A stretch of DNA of 43,035 nt from Actinomycetota bacterium. GTDB lineage: Bacteria; Actinomycetota; Actinomycetes; S36-B12. Location of the stretch: positions 1 to 43,035 of the forward strand of contig WLNQ01000001.1 in assembly GCA_009699705.1 (NCBI GenBank), given 5' to 3'. The stretch's first letter is position 1, and every line of letters starts with the position of its first letter. This document shows positions 43,008 to 43,035 of the stretch, in pieces. The translations under genes and the position numbers were made by a program. The notes under the pieces are model-generated. The model was not told the origin of the DNA, ran no database searches, and worked only from the letters and a program-made list of their open reading frames with translations.

Positions 43008-43035
43008 CATTTCCTCCCCAGGCTGAGATAGGTAA

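Overview
This is a gene-dense chromosomal window, and it looks actinobacterial. Evidence for that: frequent GTG/TTG starts and 4-nt ATGA start/stop overlaps, a sirA-cysH-chelatase arrangement as in mycobacteria, a stand-alone VKOR, a luciferase-like (F420-type) oxidoreductase, and orn followed by tRNA-His. GC looks moderate by eye. I found no rRNA, CRISPR array, transposase, integrase or phage genes. Contents from left to right:

- **1-9067:** a cell-envelope glycopolymer cluster. It holds a CDP-alcohol phosphotransferase (partial, off the left edge), a LicC-like nucleotidyltransferase, a GT4, a TagB/TagF-like phosphotransferase, a CgeB-like GT, two GT2 enzymes and UDP-glucose 6-dehydrogenase.
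- **9332-13849:** a PLDc_N-SHOCT membrane protein, an acyl-CoA dehydrogenase (ACAD), an LLM oxidoreductase and two hypothetical proteins.
- **14059-18345:** sulfite reductase, APS reductase, CysG-type siroheme synthase and a CbiX chelatase.
- **18393-20682:** a tandem ACAD pair.
- **21002-24455:** pirin, a TetR regulator, an alpha/beta hydrolase and a quinone oxidoreductase.
- **24627-27832:** a kinase / SDR / FadE2-type ACAD operon.
- **27974-29281:** a lipoprotein and a TSUP permease.
- **29271-35152:** a minus-strand string of PlsC, GGDEF, a BchI-like AAA+ ATPase, a VWA protein and a LuxR regulator.
- **35263-36959:** Usp, Orn and tRNA-His.
- **37089-39645:** a DUF6325-like/SHOCT pair, an FMN reductase, a beta-barrel protein and VKOR.
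- **39657-43007:** MmsA, a small Cys-rich protein, a secreted SGNH hydrolase and tRNA-Lys.

Best candidates for under-described biology:
1. The split APH-like kinase + SDR + FadE2/ACAD10-11-type ACAD operon, with a shared GCAA(A)TTTGC palindrome upstream of two of its genes. It is a possible 4-hydroxy/4-oxo-acyl-CoA phospho-elimination pathway.
2. The H-subunit-less BchI/BchD-like AAA+/VWA pair, embedded between a GGDEF cyclase and a LuxR regulator.
3. The glycopolymer cluster, which combines a LicC-like activator, a membrane CDP-alcohol transferase with a variant catalytic motif, and a TagF-like polymerase.

All family assignments come from motif recognition in the supplied translations and my own reverse-strand reading. 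No database search was run.
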